Below, piece by piece: positions 51,022 through 62,534 of a DNA stretch of 64,000 bases (positions are counted from its first letter, which is position 1; each line of letters starts with the position of its first letter). The notes beneath the pieces are model-generated. The model did no database searches, was not told the DNA's origin, and saw only the letters and a list, made by a program, of their open reading frames with translations. The translations under genes and the position numbers were made by a program. This stretch comes from Alphaproteobacteria bacterium (lineage in GTDB: Bacteria; Pseudomonadota; Alphaproteobacteria; Bin95): assembly GCA_963665325.3 (NCBI GenBank), contig CAXXWS020000003.1, forward strand, positions 128,001 to 192,000, read 5' to 3'.

Positions 51022-52044
51022 ATGTTGAGACATCCATTGGCGGCAGTGTTCCTGCTCCTGGCGCTCCAGACAGCTTCGGCCGAACCCGCCGGCTTTCGCG
51101 GCGTGACCATCCCCGCGGAGCATCACGGGCGCGGGATGACCGGCGCCCTCTGGTATCCGTCCGCCGGGGGCGGCGAAGCGGTTTCATTCGGCGAGAACGG
51201 CGTCTTCCACGGCACCCGGGTACTGGACGGCGCCCGGATGGCGGAGGGGCCGTTCCCCGTGATCCTGGCGAGCCACGGCCTCGGCGGCCATATCGGCGCG
51301 CTCGGCTGGCTCACCGCCGGCCTGGCGGAGGCCGGTGCGCTCGTCATCTCCGTCAACCATCCGAACAGCACGCGGGAGGATTTCGACCTCCAGGAAGGGC
51401 TGAAGCACTGGACGCGGACGGAGGACCTTCGGGCCGCCCTCGCCTGGCTGGCCGCTGAGCCGCAACTCGCCGCCATTGCGGACCTTTCCCGGATTTACGC
51501 GGTCGGCTTCTCCGCCGGCGGCTGGACGGCGCTCTCCCTCGGCGGGCTGCGCGCCGATCTGGAAGGCTATGCCGCCCACTGCAACACCGCGCCGCCCTCG
51601 CCCTGGCAGTGCGCCGACCTGACAAGGCGCGGAGCGGACCTCACCGCCTATTCCCCTACGGAATGGAACGCCGGGCGCAAGGACGGCCGCGTCCGCGCCG
51701 TGGCCGCCATCGACCCGGCGCTGACCTACGGCCTCGGCGAGGACCATGCGCGCGAGCTCGTGGACAAGGTGCTGCTGGTCGGCCTCGGCACGGCCGAAAC
51801 GCGCCTCCCGGCGACCGACTTCAGCGAGACGGGAAGCGGCCTGGCCGCCCGTCTCCCCCATGCCGAAATCGAGATCATGGCCCCGGCGGCGCATTTCTCC
51901 GCGCTCCTGCCCTGCAAGCTGCGCGGGGCCGCGATCCTGGCTGCCGAGGGCGACGATCCGGTCTGCGACGACCCGCCGGGCACGGACCGCGCCGCGCTGC
52001 ACAAACGTATCGTGGCCCGCATCGCGGCGTTCCTTGGCCTGTAG
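51022..52044 (+). CDS. Secreted alpha/beta hydrolase
   Basis: Signal peptide; SHGLGG, GFSAGG nucleophile elbow, AIDP, AAHFS. Confidence 0.85.
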   Translation: MLRHPLAAVFLLLALQTASAEPAGFRGVTIPAEHHGRGMTGALWYPSAGGGEAVSFGENGVFHGTRVLDGARMAEGPFPVILASHGLGGHIGALGWLTAGLAEAGALVISVNHPNSTREDFDLQEGLKHWTRTEDLRAALAWLAAEPQLAAIADLSRIYAVGFSAGGWTALSLGGLRADLEGYAAHCNTAPPSPWQCADLTRRGADLTAYSPTEWNAGRKDGRVRAVAAIDPALTYGLGEDHARELVDKVLLVGLGTAETRLPATDFSETGSGLAARLPHAEIEIMAPAAHFSALLPCKLRGAAILAAEGDDPVCDDPPGTDRAALHKRIVARIAAFLGL

Positions 52045-52219
52045 GCGACAAGACGGAATCCCGTAGGGCAGCGATAATATGTCACTATATCCATGGTGGA
52101 AGGCCGCCGCGCCGCGGGGGCCCTGCGCTGCGGTCCTCGACCGGGAACGCGGGAGGGGATGAGCAGCAGCGTCCGACGGCGCGGCAAGCCGGACCGGATG
52201 ACGCGAGAGGAACTCTCCC

Positions 52220-55200
52220 ATGGTGGTTCAGCCGGATACGCAGCAGGCCGAATTGTTCGAGGAAATCGCCGTGCTCGCTCGCGAGCGGCTGGGCAGCAAG
52301 GACCTCGATGCCGCGCTCCCCTTCATCGCCCTCTACTATGCCGGCGCCTCGCTGGAGGACCTGGCCGAGCGCCGGCCGGACGACCTCTACGGCGCGGCGG
52401 TGGCCCATCTCAACCTCGCCCGCCGGCGCACGCCCGGCCAGCCGAAGGTCCGCGCCTATAACCCCCAGATCGAGCAACATGGCTGGCAGTCCACCCACAC
52501 CATCGTCGAGATCGTCACCGACGACATGCCGTTCCTGGTCGATTCCGTGCGCATGGTGCTTAACGGGCGCGGCTATACGAGCCACCTCGTCATCCATCCT
52601 GTTATGCGCGTCCGCCGGGGGCAGGAGGGGCGCATCGAGGCCATCCTGCCCGTGGAGGACCCGGACGAGGAAGGGGCCGCCGTCGAGGCGCTCATCCATA
52701 TCGAGACCGACCGCCAGACGGAACAGGCGGCGCTCGACGGTATCGCGGCCGAGATGCTCTCCGCGCTCGGCGATGTGCGGGCCGCCGTGGAGGACTGGGG
52801 CACCATGCGCGAGCGGATGCGCGGGTGCATCGAGGAGCTCTGCGCGCTGCCGCCGTCGGTCGGGAGCGCGGAACGGGACGAGGTAATGGCCTTCCTCGAA
52901 TGGCTCGAGGACGACCATTTCACCTTCCTCGGCTACTGCGCGAGCCGCGTCGAGCGCACCTGCGGCAGAGCCGGCCTCTCACCGGAGCCCGGCGCCGGGC
53001 TCGGCCTGCTGCGCGGCGAGGGCGAAGGCATGCCGCAACCGGTGCGGGACCTGACGCCGCCCGGTCCGGGCGGCGCGGAGGCTGCCGAGCTCCTGGCGAT
53101 CACGCGCGCCGATGCGCGCTCGCGCGTGCACCGGCCGAGCCATCTGGACTGCATCGCCGTCAGGCAGTTCGACGCCGACGGCAATCTTGCCGGCGAACAC
53201 CGTTTCCTCGGTCTCTACACCTCCGATGCGTTCAACGGCGTGCCGCGCGACATTCCGCTGTTGCGGCTCAAGGCCGACGACCTGCAGCGCCGCGCCGGCT
53301 ACCCCCCGAACAGCCACGCCGCCAAGGCGCTGCAGAACATCGTCGACACCTTTCCGCGCGAGCTCCTGTTCCAGATCCCGGTCGAGGAACTGTTCGAGAC
53401 GGCGACCGGGATCCTGCATCTGCAGGAACGCCAGCGTATCCGCCTGTTCGTTCACCCGGACCGGTTCGGGCGCTTCTATTCCTGCATCGTGTTCGTGCCG
53501 AGGGACCGGTTCACCACCCGGATCCGGCTGGTGATCCAGGGGATTCTGGAAGAGGCGCTCGGCGCGACGGACACCGAGTTCACGGTGCACCTGTCGGAGT
53601 CGGTGCTGGCCCGGCTGTTTTTCGTCATGCGCGTCGATGCCGCGCGCGCGCCGCAATACGACCTCGCGGACCTCGAAAGGCGGCTCAGGGTCGTCAGCCG
53701 CAGTTGGGCCGACGAGCTGCAGGACGCCCTGCTCGACCGTTTCGGCGAGGAGAAGGCCGCGGGGCTGTTCCGGCGCTACGGAGAGGCCTTCCGCGCGGAC
53801 TATCGCGAGGCCTACACCGCGCGGGTCGCCGTGCTCGATGTCGAGAAGATGGAGCGTATCCGGGAGAACGGCATCGAGATGAGCCTCTACCGCCCGCTCG
53901 AGGCCGAGGAAGGGCGGCTGCATTTCAAGCTCTTCCAGCTCGGACGAAAGCCGGTCGCGCTGTCCGATGCGCTGCCGATGCTGGAGAATATGGGCCTCAA
54001 GGTCGAGGACGAGCATCCCAGCAAGATCAAGCGGACCGACGCGCCCCGGGTGTGGCTGCACGATTTCGGGCTGCTGCACGGGGAGGGACCGGAATTCGAC
54101 CCGAACCGCATCGACGGGATATTCCGCGACGCCTTTGCCCGCATCTGGTCGGGCGAAGTGGAGAATGACGGCTTCAACCGGCTCGTGCTGAGGGCGGGGA
54201 TCGGATGGCGCGAGATCGTCGTCCTGCGCGCCTATTGCAAGTATCTGCGCCAGGCCGGGACTGCTTTCAGCGAGGCCTACATCCAGAATGCGCTGGCCGC
54301 CAATCCCGAAATCGCCCGCATGCTGGTGGAACTGTTCGAGGTCCGCCTCCACCCCGCCCGGCAGGACGAACCGCCGGGAGCGAAGGATGCGGCGGCAGCC
54401 CGGCTCGACAAGTCGCTTGAAGTCATGGCCCGGATCGAGGCCGCCCTCGAAGCCGTGGCGAATCTCGACGAGGACCGGATCCTGCGCAGCTATCTCGGCG
54501 TCATCGGCGCCACCTTGCGCACCAACTACTACCAGCCCGGCGCCGACGGCGCGCCGAAGCCCTACCTTTCGTTCAAGCTCGACCCGCATCGGATTCCCGA
54601 GCTGCCGGAGCCGCGGCCGAAATTCGAGATCTTCGTTTATTCGCCGCGCGTCGAGGCCGTGCATCTGCGCGGCGGCGGCGTTGCGCGCGGCGGCATCCGC
54701 TGGTCCGACCGGCGCGAGGATTTCCGCACCGAAGTGCTGGGGCTCGCCAAGGCCCAGACGGTGAAGAACGCGGTGATCGTGCCGGTCGGCTCGAAGGGGG
54801 GCTTCGTGCCGAAGAAGCTGCCGCTATCGGCGGGCCGCGAGGCCGTACAGGAAGAGGGGGTCGCCTGCTATCGGACCTTCATCCGGGGGATGCTGGACCT
54901 CACCGACAACCTGGTCGGGGGCCAGGTGGTTCCTCCGCCGCAGGTGGTGCGCCATGACGGCGACGACCCCTATCTGGTGGTCGCGGCCGACAAGGGCACC
55001 GCGACCTTCTCCGACATCGCCAATGCGCTGGCCGGGGAATACGGCTTCTGGCTCGGCGATGCCTTCGCTTCCGGCGGCTCGCAGGGCTACGACCACAAGG
55101 GCATGGGCATCACGGCGCGCGGCGGGTGGGAATCGGTCAAGCGCCACTTCCGGGAACTCGGGATCGATTGCCAGGCGACCGATTTCACGGCCGTCGGCAT

Positions 55201-57085
55201 CGGGGACATGGGTGGGGACGTGTTCGGGAACGCGATGCTGCTCTCCCCGCATATCCGGCTCGTGGCCGCGTTCAACCACATGCACATCTTCATTGACCCG
55301 AGCCCGGACGCCGAGAGCACCTTCGCCGAGCGCCAGCGCCTCTTCGCGCTGCCGCGCTCAACTTGGGACGATTTCGACCGCTCGCTCCTGTCGCCGGGCG
55401 CCGGCATCTACCCGAGGAGCGCCAAGTCCGTCCCGCTCGGCGCGGAAGCGCGCGAGGCGCTGGGCACCGATACCAAGGCCCCCACGCCGAACGAGCTGAT
55501 CGCCCTCATCCTCAAGGCGCCCGTGGACCTGCTCTGGAACGGCGGCATCGGCACCTATGTCAAGTCGCAGCAGGAAAGCCATGGCGATGTCGGCGACCGG
55601 GCCAACGACGCCGTGCGCGTCAACGGCGAAGACCTGCGGTGCCGGATCGTCGGTGAAGGCGGCAATCTGGGCTTCACCCAGCTCGGGCGCATCGAATATG
55701 CGGCGAAGGGCGGGCGGATAAACACCGACGCCATCGACAATTCCGGCGGGGTGGACTGCTCCGACCACGAGGTGAACATCAAGGTGCTGCTGAACGAGGC
55801 GGTGTCCGCCGGCGACATGACCGGAAAGCAGCGCAACCGCCTCCTGGAGGAGATGGCCGGCGAGGTGGCGGAACTAGTGCTGCGCAACAACTATCTCCAG
55901 AGCCAGGCCCTGAGCGTCGCGGCGAGCCAGGCGTCCTCCATGCTGGAAGTGCATGCCAGGCTCATCCGCCGGCTCGAGCGCGACGGCGAGCTCGACCGCG
56001 AGATCGAGTTTCTTCCGGGGGCGGAGGAAATGGGCGAACGCCTGGAGGCGAAGGGCAGGCTCTTCACCCCGGAGCTTGCCGTGCTGATCGCCTATGTGAA
56101 AATCGGCCTGTTCCAGCGTCTGCTCGCCTCCGACCTGCCGGACGAGCCATTCGCGGCCAATGAGCTCCGCGCCTATTTTCCGACCGCGCTGCGCGAGCGT
56201 CACGGCGGCCTTATGCCCTCCCACCGGCTTGCGCGCGAAATCGTCGCCACCCAGGTCGCCAACGAGATGGCGAACCGCTGCGGCATGACCTTCGCGTTCC
56301 GGCTGGGCGAGGAAACCGGGGCCGACGATGCGGACATCGCCCGGGCCTATCTCGTCGCTCGGGAGGTTTACGGCATACGCGAGACCTGGGAGGCGATCGA
56401 GGCGCTGGACGGCCAGGTGGGAGCGGATATCCAGATTTCGATGCTGCAGGAAACCCGCAAGCTGGTGGAGCGGGCCGCGCGATGGCTGCTCCGGAACCGG
56501 CCGCGCCCTCTCGACATCGCGCGCGACATCGAGCATTTCGCCGTCGGCGTGACGGCGTTCCGGGAAGGGCTGAGGGACCTCGTCGCCGCCTCGAGCCGGG
56601 GCGCCATCGACGCGGCGGCGGACCGCTTCGTCGAGTCCGGGGTTCCCGAAGGCCTGGCGGCGGAGGTGGCGTGCTGCGACGACATGCTCTCGGCACTGGC
56701 TGTCGTGGAGGTCGCGGCGAGCGCGGCCATCCCGGTCGAGACCGCAGCATCGGTCTATTTCGAGCTCGGCGAGAAGCTCGATCTCCACTGGCTCCGGGAC
56801 CGGATCGCAGCCCTGCCGCGCGACAATCGCTGGCAGGCGCTGTCCCGCGCCGCGCTGCGCGACGATCTCTACGCCCAGTTGAGCGCGCTTACCCTCGACT
56901 CGCTCAGGCTCGACGCCGGCAAGGGGGCGCCGGCCGGCCGCGTGGATGCCTGGCTCAGGCGGAACCGCATCCCCGTGGCCCGCTGCCGGCAGATCGTCGG
57001 CGACCTGATGAATGCCGGGCAGACCGACTTCACCATGCTCTCGGTCGCGATGGGCGAGATCCGGACGCTGCGCCAGACGGACTGA
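52220..57085 (+). CDS. gdhB: Large NAD-specific glutamate dehydrogenase
   Basis: 1621 aa; DDMPFLVDSV, RGGIRWSDRREDFRTEVLGL, VVAADKGTATFSDIAN, NTDAIDNSGGVDCSDHEVNIK. Confidence 0.96.
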   Translation: MVVQPDTQQAELFEEIAVLARERLGSKDLDAALPFIALYYAGASLEDLAERRPDDLYGAAVAHLNLARRRTPGQPKVRAYNPQIEQHGWQSTHTIVEIVTDDMPFLVDSVRMVLNGRGYTSHLVIHPVMRVRRGQEGRIEAILPVEDPDEEGAAVEALIHIETDRQTEQAALDGIAAEMLSALGDVRAAVEDWGTMRERMRGCIEELCALPPSVGSAERDEVMAFLEWLEDDHFTFLGYCASRVERTCGRAGLSPEPGAGLGLLRGEGEGMPQPVRDLTPPGPGGAEAAELLAITRADARSRVHRPSHLDCIAVRQFDADGNLAGEHRFLGLYTSDAFNGVPRDIPLLRLKADDLQRRAGYPPNSHAAKALQNIVDTFPRELLFQIPVEELFETATGILHLQERQRIRLFVHPDRFGRFYSCIVFVPRDRFTTRIRLVIQGILEEALGATDTEFTVHLSESVLARLFFVMRVDAARAPQYDLADLERRLRVVSRSWADELQDALLDRFGEEKAAGLFRRYGEAFRADYREAYTARVAVLDVEKMERIRENGIEMSLYRPLEAEEGRLHFKLFQLGRKPVALSDALPMLENMGLKVEDEHPSKIKRTDAPRVWLHDFGLLHGEGPEFDPNRIDGIFRDAFARIWSGEVENDGFNRLVLRAGIGWREIVVLRAYCKYLRQAGTAFSEAYIQNALAANPEIARMLVELFEVRLHPARQDEPPGAKDAAAARLDKSLEVMARIEAALEAVANLDEDRILRSYLGVIGATLRTNYYQPGADGAPKPYLSFKLDPHRIPELPEPRPKFEIFVYSPRVEAVHLRGGGVARGGIRWSDRREDFRTEVLGLAKAQTVKNAVIVPVGSKGGFVPKKLPLSAGREAVQEEGVACYRTFIRGMLDLTDNLVGGQVVPPPQVVRHDGDDPYLVVAADKGTATFSDIANALAGEYGFWLGDAFASGGSQGYDHKGMGITARGGWESVKRHFRELGIDCQATDFTAVGIGDMGGDVFGNAMLLSPHIRLVAAFNHMHIFIDPSPDAESTFAERQRLFALPRSTWDDFDRSLLSPGAGIYPRSAKSVPLGAEAREALGTDTKAPTPNELIALILKAPVDLLWNGGIGTYVKSQQESHGDVGDRANDAVRVNGEDLRCRIVGEGGNLGFTQLGRIEYAAKGGRINTDAIDNSGGVDCSDHEVNIKVLLNEAVSAGDMTGKQRNRLLEEMAGEVAELVLRNNYLQSQALSVAASQASSMLEVHARLIRRLERDGELDREIEFLPGAEEMGERLEAKGRLFTPELAVLIAYVKIGLFQRLLASDLPDEPFAANELRAYFPTALRERHGGLMPSHRLAREIVATQVANEMANRCGMTFAFRLGEETGADDADIARAYLVAREVYGIRETWEAIEALDGQVGADIQISMLQETRKLVERAARWLLRNRPRPLDIARDIEHFAVGVTAFREGLRDLVAASSRGAIDAAADRFVESGVPEGLAAEVACCDDMLSALAVVEVAASAAIPVETAASVYFELGEKLDLHWLRDRIAALPRDNRWQALSRAALRDDLYAQLSALTLDSLRLDAGKGAPAGRVDAWLRRNRIPVARCRQIVGDLMNAGQTDFTMLSVAMGEIRTLRQTD

Positions 57086-57164
57086 CGCCGCCGGGGGCCG
57101 CCCGCCCTTGGCAAGCGGAGATTTGCGGGGTTTCCTGTTGCGCCCGATTCCAGGGAGCGTTCCC

Positions 57165-58566
57165 ATGAAGGTCGATCCCATCAAGTTCGAAGTCCTGCGC
57201 AACGGCTTTCTCGAGGCAACGGAGGAGATGGCGCTGGCGCTGCGCCGCAGCGCCTATTCCACCAACATCAAGACCCGGTGCGACTTCTCGTGCAGCCTGT
57301 TCGACAGGGACCTCCGTCCGATCGCGCAGTCGTTCAGCCAGCCCAACCACCTGGGCTCGATGGTGGGGACGGTGCGCCAGGCAGTCCTCGAATACGGGCC
57401 CGGGAACCTCGGCCCCGGCGATCAGCTGGTCGTCAACTATCCCTACCCGAGCGGCGCTCACCTTAACGACATCGTGGTGATTGCGCCGTTCCACTACCGG
57501 GGCGAAGTCCACGGCTATTTCGGCAATCTCGCCCATCATGTCGATGTGGGCGGCGGCGCGCCGGCGAGCGTGGGGGCATTCCGGGAAATTTACCAGGAGG
57601 GCGTGATCATCCCTCCGGTGAAGATGGTGAAAGCCGGCGAGATCGTGGACGACGTGTTCCGGCTGATCCTTTGCCAGATCCGCTCGAAGCGCGAGACCGC
57701 CGGCGATTTCCGGGCGCAATTCGCAGCCAACAATACCGGCGTCCGACGGCTGACCGCGCTGTTCGACCGTCACGGCCCGGATACGGTGAACTTCTACATG
57801 GACGAGCTCATCGAATACACCGACCGGCACACGGCGGCCGAGCTCGCGAAGCTGCCGAGGGGCGAGTATGCCGCCGAAGGGTATGTGGACAATGACGGAT
57901 TTACGGACCGGCCGGTGCGCCTGGCGGTCCGGGTGGCGGTGGACGACGACGGCGTGCTGTTCGACTTCACGGGATCGGACCCGCAGCGGCGCGCGCCCGT
58001 GAACTCGACCTGGGCCCAGACCTATTCCGCCGCGGCCTACGCGCTGAAATGCGTGGCGGACCCGGACCTGCCGGTCAACGCAGGCTTCTACCGGCATGTG
58101 CGGCTGGTGGCCCCGGAGGGGACGGTCGTGAACTGCGTGCATCCCTTCCCGGTGGTGGCCGGTTGGGAGACCCAGGTCCGGCTCAACGACACCATCTTCA
58201 AGGCGCTGGCTCAGGCCATACCCGAGCGCATGATCGCCGGCACCAAGGCGATGCAGTGCCATGCCGGGTTCGGCGGCGCCGACCCCCGCACGGGCTCGTA
58301 TTACTGCTACCTGGAGACGCTCGGCGGCGGCTATGGCGCCCGGGCGCAGAGCGACGGCCCGGACGCGGTCCAGACGCACGGGCAGAACACCGAGAACGCG
58401 CCGGTCGAGGAAACCGAGATCAACTATCCCGTGCGCATCCTGCGCTACGAGCTGGTGGAGAATTCGGAGGGCGCCGGCCGGCAGCGGGGCGGCCTCGGGG
58501 TGCGGCGCGACTACCGGTTCGACGACCACGAGGTGACCTTCACCATCCTCGCCGACCGCGATCCCC
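57165..58566 (+). pseudogene. Hydantoinase B/oxoprolinase, 3'-truncated
   Basis: MKVDPIKFEVL, RRSAYSTNIK, HLNDI, AHHVDVGG, ETLGGGYGA; family resemblance stops at TILADRDP and the ORF reads through unrelated DNA to 59078; breakpoint approximate. Confidence 0.75.
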
Positions 58567-59077
58567 AGAGCCGCACACGCCGCCAGCAAGACACTGCCTG
58601 GCTTGGTCAATTCAGTCCTCCCGTCCGGGCGCGGCCCGGACCTGTTTACGGCATCGGCCCTGCAAAGGCAGGGAGCGGTCACGAGACCAGCGAAACCGTG
58701 GCGCTTAGACTCCGGTTTTCGCCGAGGCCGTTGTTCCGCAGCAATTGCACGGAAACCCTTCCCGTGGAGGCGCCCGCCGGAATCGTCAGCCGCACGGGTT
58801 CATCGGCGAAATCCTGGCCCGGAACGGCCGGCTTTTGCGCCGGCCCCGGGCACAAGACGAACTTCGACCGCGATATCCTCGGGCGCCGGGGACGACAGCA
58901 CGACTTCCAGAAGGATCGAGTCGCCGCTTTCGACGTTGTCCTGCAGGAACCGGACTTCCGCGACGGCGACAGGTCCGGAGACGGTGTCGCGGGCAACGGT
59001 CCTGATTCGGCCGTCGCCTTCGACGGGCCGCCACAACTCGGAAGCGTCCGGCGCGGAACCGCCGGCCGCCACGCCTA

Positions 59078-60123
59078 GAGCGTGATGATTTCATACGGAA
59101 GCATATCCAGCGTTTTGTAGGTAGTTGGCGCATTCACGGGGTGAGAAGCGTTCGAGGAGGGTGCCGATACGCTGCCATGTGGTTTCGGTGGTTCGTTCGG
59201 CGGCGTCTCGCAACAGATGTTTGAGTTTGGCGAAGACCTGCTCGATCGGGTTCAGGTCGGGACTGTATGGCGGCAGGAACAGCAAGTGGGCGCCGGCATT
59301 TCGGATGGCCTTTCTGACGGTTGCGTTTTTGTGGCTGGCAAGATTGTCCATAACGACCACATCGCTTGGGGCCAGCGTGGGGACGAGGAAGTGTTCGACA
59401 TAGGTTTGGAAGGCCTTGGCGTTGACCGGTCCGTCGAGGACGCAAGGCGCGTCGATCCGGTCGACGCGCAGTGCGGCGATGAAGGTCATGGTACGCCAGT
59501 GGCCGTGCGGCGCGCGCCCGATCAGGCGTTTGCCCTTCGGCGCCCAGTCGCGCAGCGGAGCCATGTTGGTTTTGGCCCAGGTCTCGTCGATGAAGACCAG
59601 CCGGCGCGGATCAACCCGTTTCTGGTGGCGTTTCCAGCGCGTCCGTCGGCGCGCGACGTCCGGGCGGCATTGCTCGCTGGCCAGCGCGGTTTTTTTTGAA
59701 CGAGTAGCCCGCCCGATGCACCGCCGACCAGACCGTGCGGTAATCCACCCGGAGGCCGCGCGCGGCCAACTCGCTCACCAGACCACGCAGGGTGAACGGG
59801 GTTTCGATCCGCTCCAGAAGCCAGTCCTCATACGCCCCGACGATCTTGCGCGGACGCCGCCCGCCGATCTTCGCCGGCGCGCAACTGCCGGTCGCCCGCA
59901 GACGCTGCGACCACTTCACGATACTCGACGGCGCCACAGAGAGCGCCGACGCCACCTGACGGACGCTCTGTCCCTCGGCCAACCGGACCATCGCGCGTTC
60001 GCGCAAGTCCATCGAAATTGCACGGCTCATCGCCCAAGCCTCCACTGTCGGAAAAACAACAGTGAATCAGCTCAAGCCTGAAACCGGAATCCCCTTGCGA
60101 TTCTCAATTAAATCATCCCGCTC
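59078..60123 (-). mobile_element. IS630 family insertion sequence
   Basis: Terminal IRs GAGCGTGATGATTT / AAATCATCCCGCTC; TA duplication at 59076-77 and 60124-25 within a CTAG target. Confidence 0.93.
59091..60030 (-). CDS. IS630 transposase (orfA/orfB joined by programmed frameshift)
   Basis: orfA MSRAISMDLRER HTH; slippery A8 run at 59690-59697; orfB VFIDETW, VVMDNLASHK, LPPYSPDLNPIEQ. Confidence 0.92.
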
Positions 60124-60737
60124 TAGCCCTTCCCACCTCGGCGGTTTCGCCCGGCTTCCGAGCGGCATCCTGAAACCAACGCGGAACGACACCCCGTCCG
60201 CGCCCGTGCCGGAACGGTCGTAGCTTGCGTCGAGATGCAGCCAGTGATGGGGCCGCCATCCGAAGCCCAGACGCATGCCGTCGGTACGGCGCCCGGATGC
60301 TGTGCCGGACTCTCGGAGATAGGCGGCACTCATGCCAAGCGTGGTGGTGAGGCGCAGGCGCGCTGACAACTCCGTACCCCCGAGCGCCCGTTCCTCCCAG
60401 CCCCGGCGGCCGGGGCGCCAGCTCGTGGTCGGGATGAAGTGGCGGAGCGAACCGCTTCCCCATCTGCCGGCATAGTCGATCCCGGGAACGAGAACCTTGT
60501 GCCGCCGTTCGGCATTGTGCAGCTGGAGCAGGGAGAGCCCGAGAATGCCGGCATCGGGCGCCTCCGAAACCCTGAAGCGATAGAGGGGGCCGTAACGAAA
60601 ATCGTTGCGTTGCGCGCCGTCGCCGTCGCGCCAGTCGGTAACGCCCTGCTGAAGGAACAGCGCCGATCCGGACGGTTGCTCCGCTGCCGCCGGTTCCCCA
60701 CCGGCAAACGGAATAACGATGTCGAGGTCGCCGGTTA

Positions 60738-61583
60738 GGGTCGGGACTCAATTGGCCCACCAGGCGAGAGTTGCGGCGATGAAGACGGCCGACAAGAATG
60801 TATCGGCGCGTTTGTCGTAGCGGGTTGCGATACGGCGAAAGTCTTTGAGGCGACAGAACATACGCTCGATGCGGTTACGGAGCTTGTAGGCTGTGGCGTC
60901 GAAGGAGTGCGGGTTCTTCCGCGTGGACTGGGGCGGTATCACCGGTTCGCAGCCGCGGTCGGTGAGCCAGTTACGGAACTTGCGGGCATCGTAGGCCCTG
61001 TCGGCGATCAATCGCTTTGGTGCGGGGACCTGCTTCAGGAGAGCCCCGACCCCGGCAAGATCGTGGGCCTGGCCGGGCGTAAGGGTGAATGCCACGGGCC
61101 GGCCGGCCTCATCGGTCAGGGCGTGAATCTTGGTCGTCCGTCCGCCGCGAGATCGTCCGATCGCGTGTTCATATTCCCCCCTTTTGCGCCGGCAGCCGAA
61201 CGGTGAGCCTTTACGTGGGTGGAATCGACAGCGGTCGTGCTGATCACGCCACTTGAGCCCGACAGGGCGTAGAACACATCCTCCCACACACCCTGTTTGC
61301 TCCACCGGTTGAACCGATTGTAGATCGTCGTATAGGGGCCATACTCCGCCGGACAATCCCGCCAGCGCGCTCCGGTCTTCAACATGTGGACAATCCCAGA
61401 GATCACCCGGCGGTCATCAACCCGGTGTGCGCCGCGACGACCATGAGGAAGCCAAGGTTCGATCCGTGTCCATTCCTCCTCGCTCAACCAAAACAGCGTC
61501 CGCGCCATTCAAACCTCCATATCGTTTGGAAACTTGAATCACATTCCAGACTCTGTCGGAATCCCCTAATCGAGTACAGACCC
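60738..61583 (-). mobile_element. IS5 family (IS427-like) insertion sequence
   Basis: Imperfect IRs GGGTCGGGACTCAATT / AATCGAGTACAGACCC; TA duplication at 60736-37 and 61584-85. Confidence 0.9.
60748..61508 (-). CDS. IS5 transposase (orfA/orfB joined by frameshift)
   Basis: orfA LSEEEWTRIEP...TGARWRDCPAEYGPYTTIYNRFNRW; AAAAGGGGG slippery site near 61180; orfB GRSRGGRTTKIH, ADRAYD, YKLRNRIERMFCRLKDFRRIATRYDK. Confidence 0.92.
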
Positions 61584-61974
61584 TAGCCTGATCCCGTCCG
61601 GAGCAAGCGAATAAGCCGGCTTTCCGACCAGCCGGAAGCGCGGTCCGAAGGCCTCCTTGTCGTATTCGTTCGCCAAACCTGCGCCTTCGTCGAACAGCAC
61701 GGTCAGGCCGGCGCCCAGGAGGCAGCGTGCACCCTGCGAAAGCGATCCGTTTGCCGCCGTTCCGCATCCGTCCGCACGAACTTGCAGTTCGTCCCAAAGC
61801 CGGTCGGCCGGATTGGCCCGCGCGGCCGAAATGTCGGCGACGGCCGCAGCGGAAAGGGCAGCGGCGACCAACAGCGCAAACATCTTCTGCGGGATACAAG
61901 GCGGCACAAGGAGGTCTCTCATGTCATTGCCTGCCAAAACACTGTTCAAATCGAACTCCCGGCCCGTCAGAGCC

Positions 61975-62117
61975 GTGCGCTGGGCCCTACGCCTGGCTCA
62001 AGGCTACGCTGGAGAAAATCGCCGCCGACCAACCCTACTGCCGAGTCGAAGAACTCCTGCCCTGGAATTTCAACCCGCCGTCAAGCTGAAAGCCGCTTGC
62101 CTCTCCCGCACCGCTAG
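61975..62117 (+). mobile_element. IS66 transposase C-terminal remnant
   Basis: PYAWLKATLEKIA...RVEELLPWNF is the characteristic IS66 TnpC C-terminus; the rest of the element is absent; boundaries approximate. Confidence 0.7.
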
Positions 62118-62295
62118 GACGAGCGATGAGTTTGGGAAGCCACGTGCGAACCAGCGCAACCGGCCGCGGTTAGCGTGGAAGCCGCCGCAGCGGAGGCAGA
62201 GAGAAACTGTCGTCTGGAAATACTCAAAGATGGTCCTTTCCTTGTCCGGCCCCAGGGGCCCACTCCAGCGCCGGTACATTCTTGCTCCACCGTTG

Positions 62296-62534
62296 ACAGC
62301 TACGGCTTCGCGGCGTTCGGCGACCGCTTCACCTCGGTCCCGGAGCTGGGCTTCGGGATGTCGGAGGGCCACCGGGAATACAGCCTCGGCTGGCGGCTGG
62401 TGCGCGACCCGCGCCCGGGCGACATCGGCTCACTGGAGTTAGCCCTGGAGGAAGGCCTCCGCAAAGCCGTCAACGACAATGCGGACGCGCCGCCGGCGCA
62501 CAGCGTCGAGCTCCGGGTGACGGCGCGCTGGTGA
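62296..62534 (+). pseudogene. C-terminal fragment of an autotransporter-like beta-barrel protein
   Basis: YGFAAFGDRFTSVPELGFGMSEGHREYSLGWRL...HSVELRVTARW with terminal aromatic residue; no matching 5' part. Confidence 0.55.

Larger units (their letters stand above)
58679..61922 (-). pseudogene. Inverse-autotransporter beta-domain-like protein with a Calx-beta-like C-terminus, split by two IS elements
   Basis: Removing both IS elements restores one frame (DGIRL|TGDLDIV and RWEGL|GVAAGG); RHFIPTTSW...EERALGGTEL; PGQDFADEPVRLTIPAG; extra base in the A-run at 58833-58836. Confidence 0.65.

Noticed and set aside
59690-59697. Frameshift splitting the IS630 transposase (and likewise IS5 near 61180) as pseudogenisation
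   Set aside because: Both lie at slippery runs where these IS families use programmed frameshifting.
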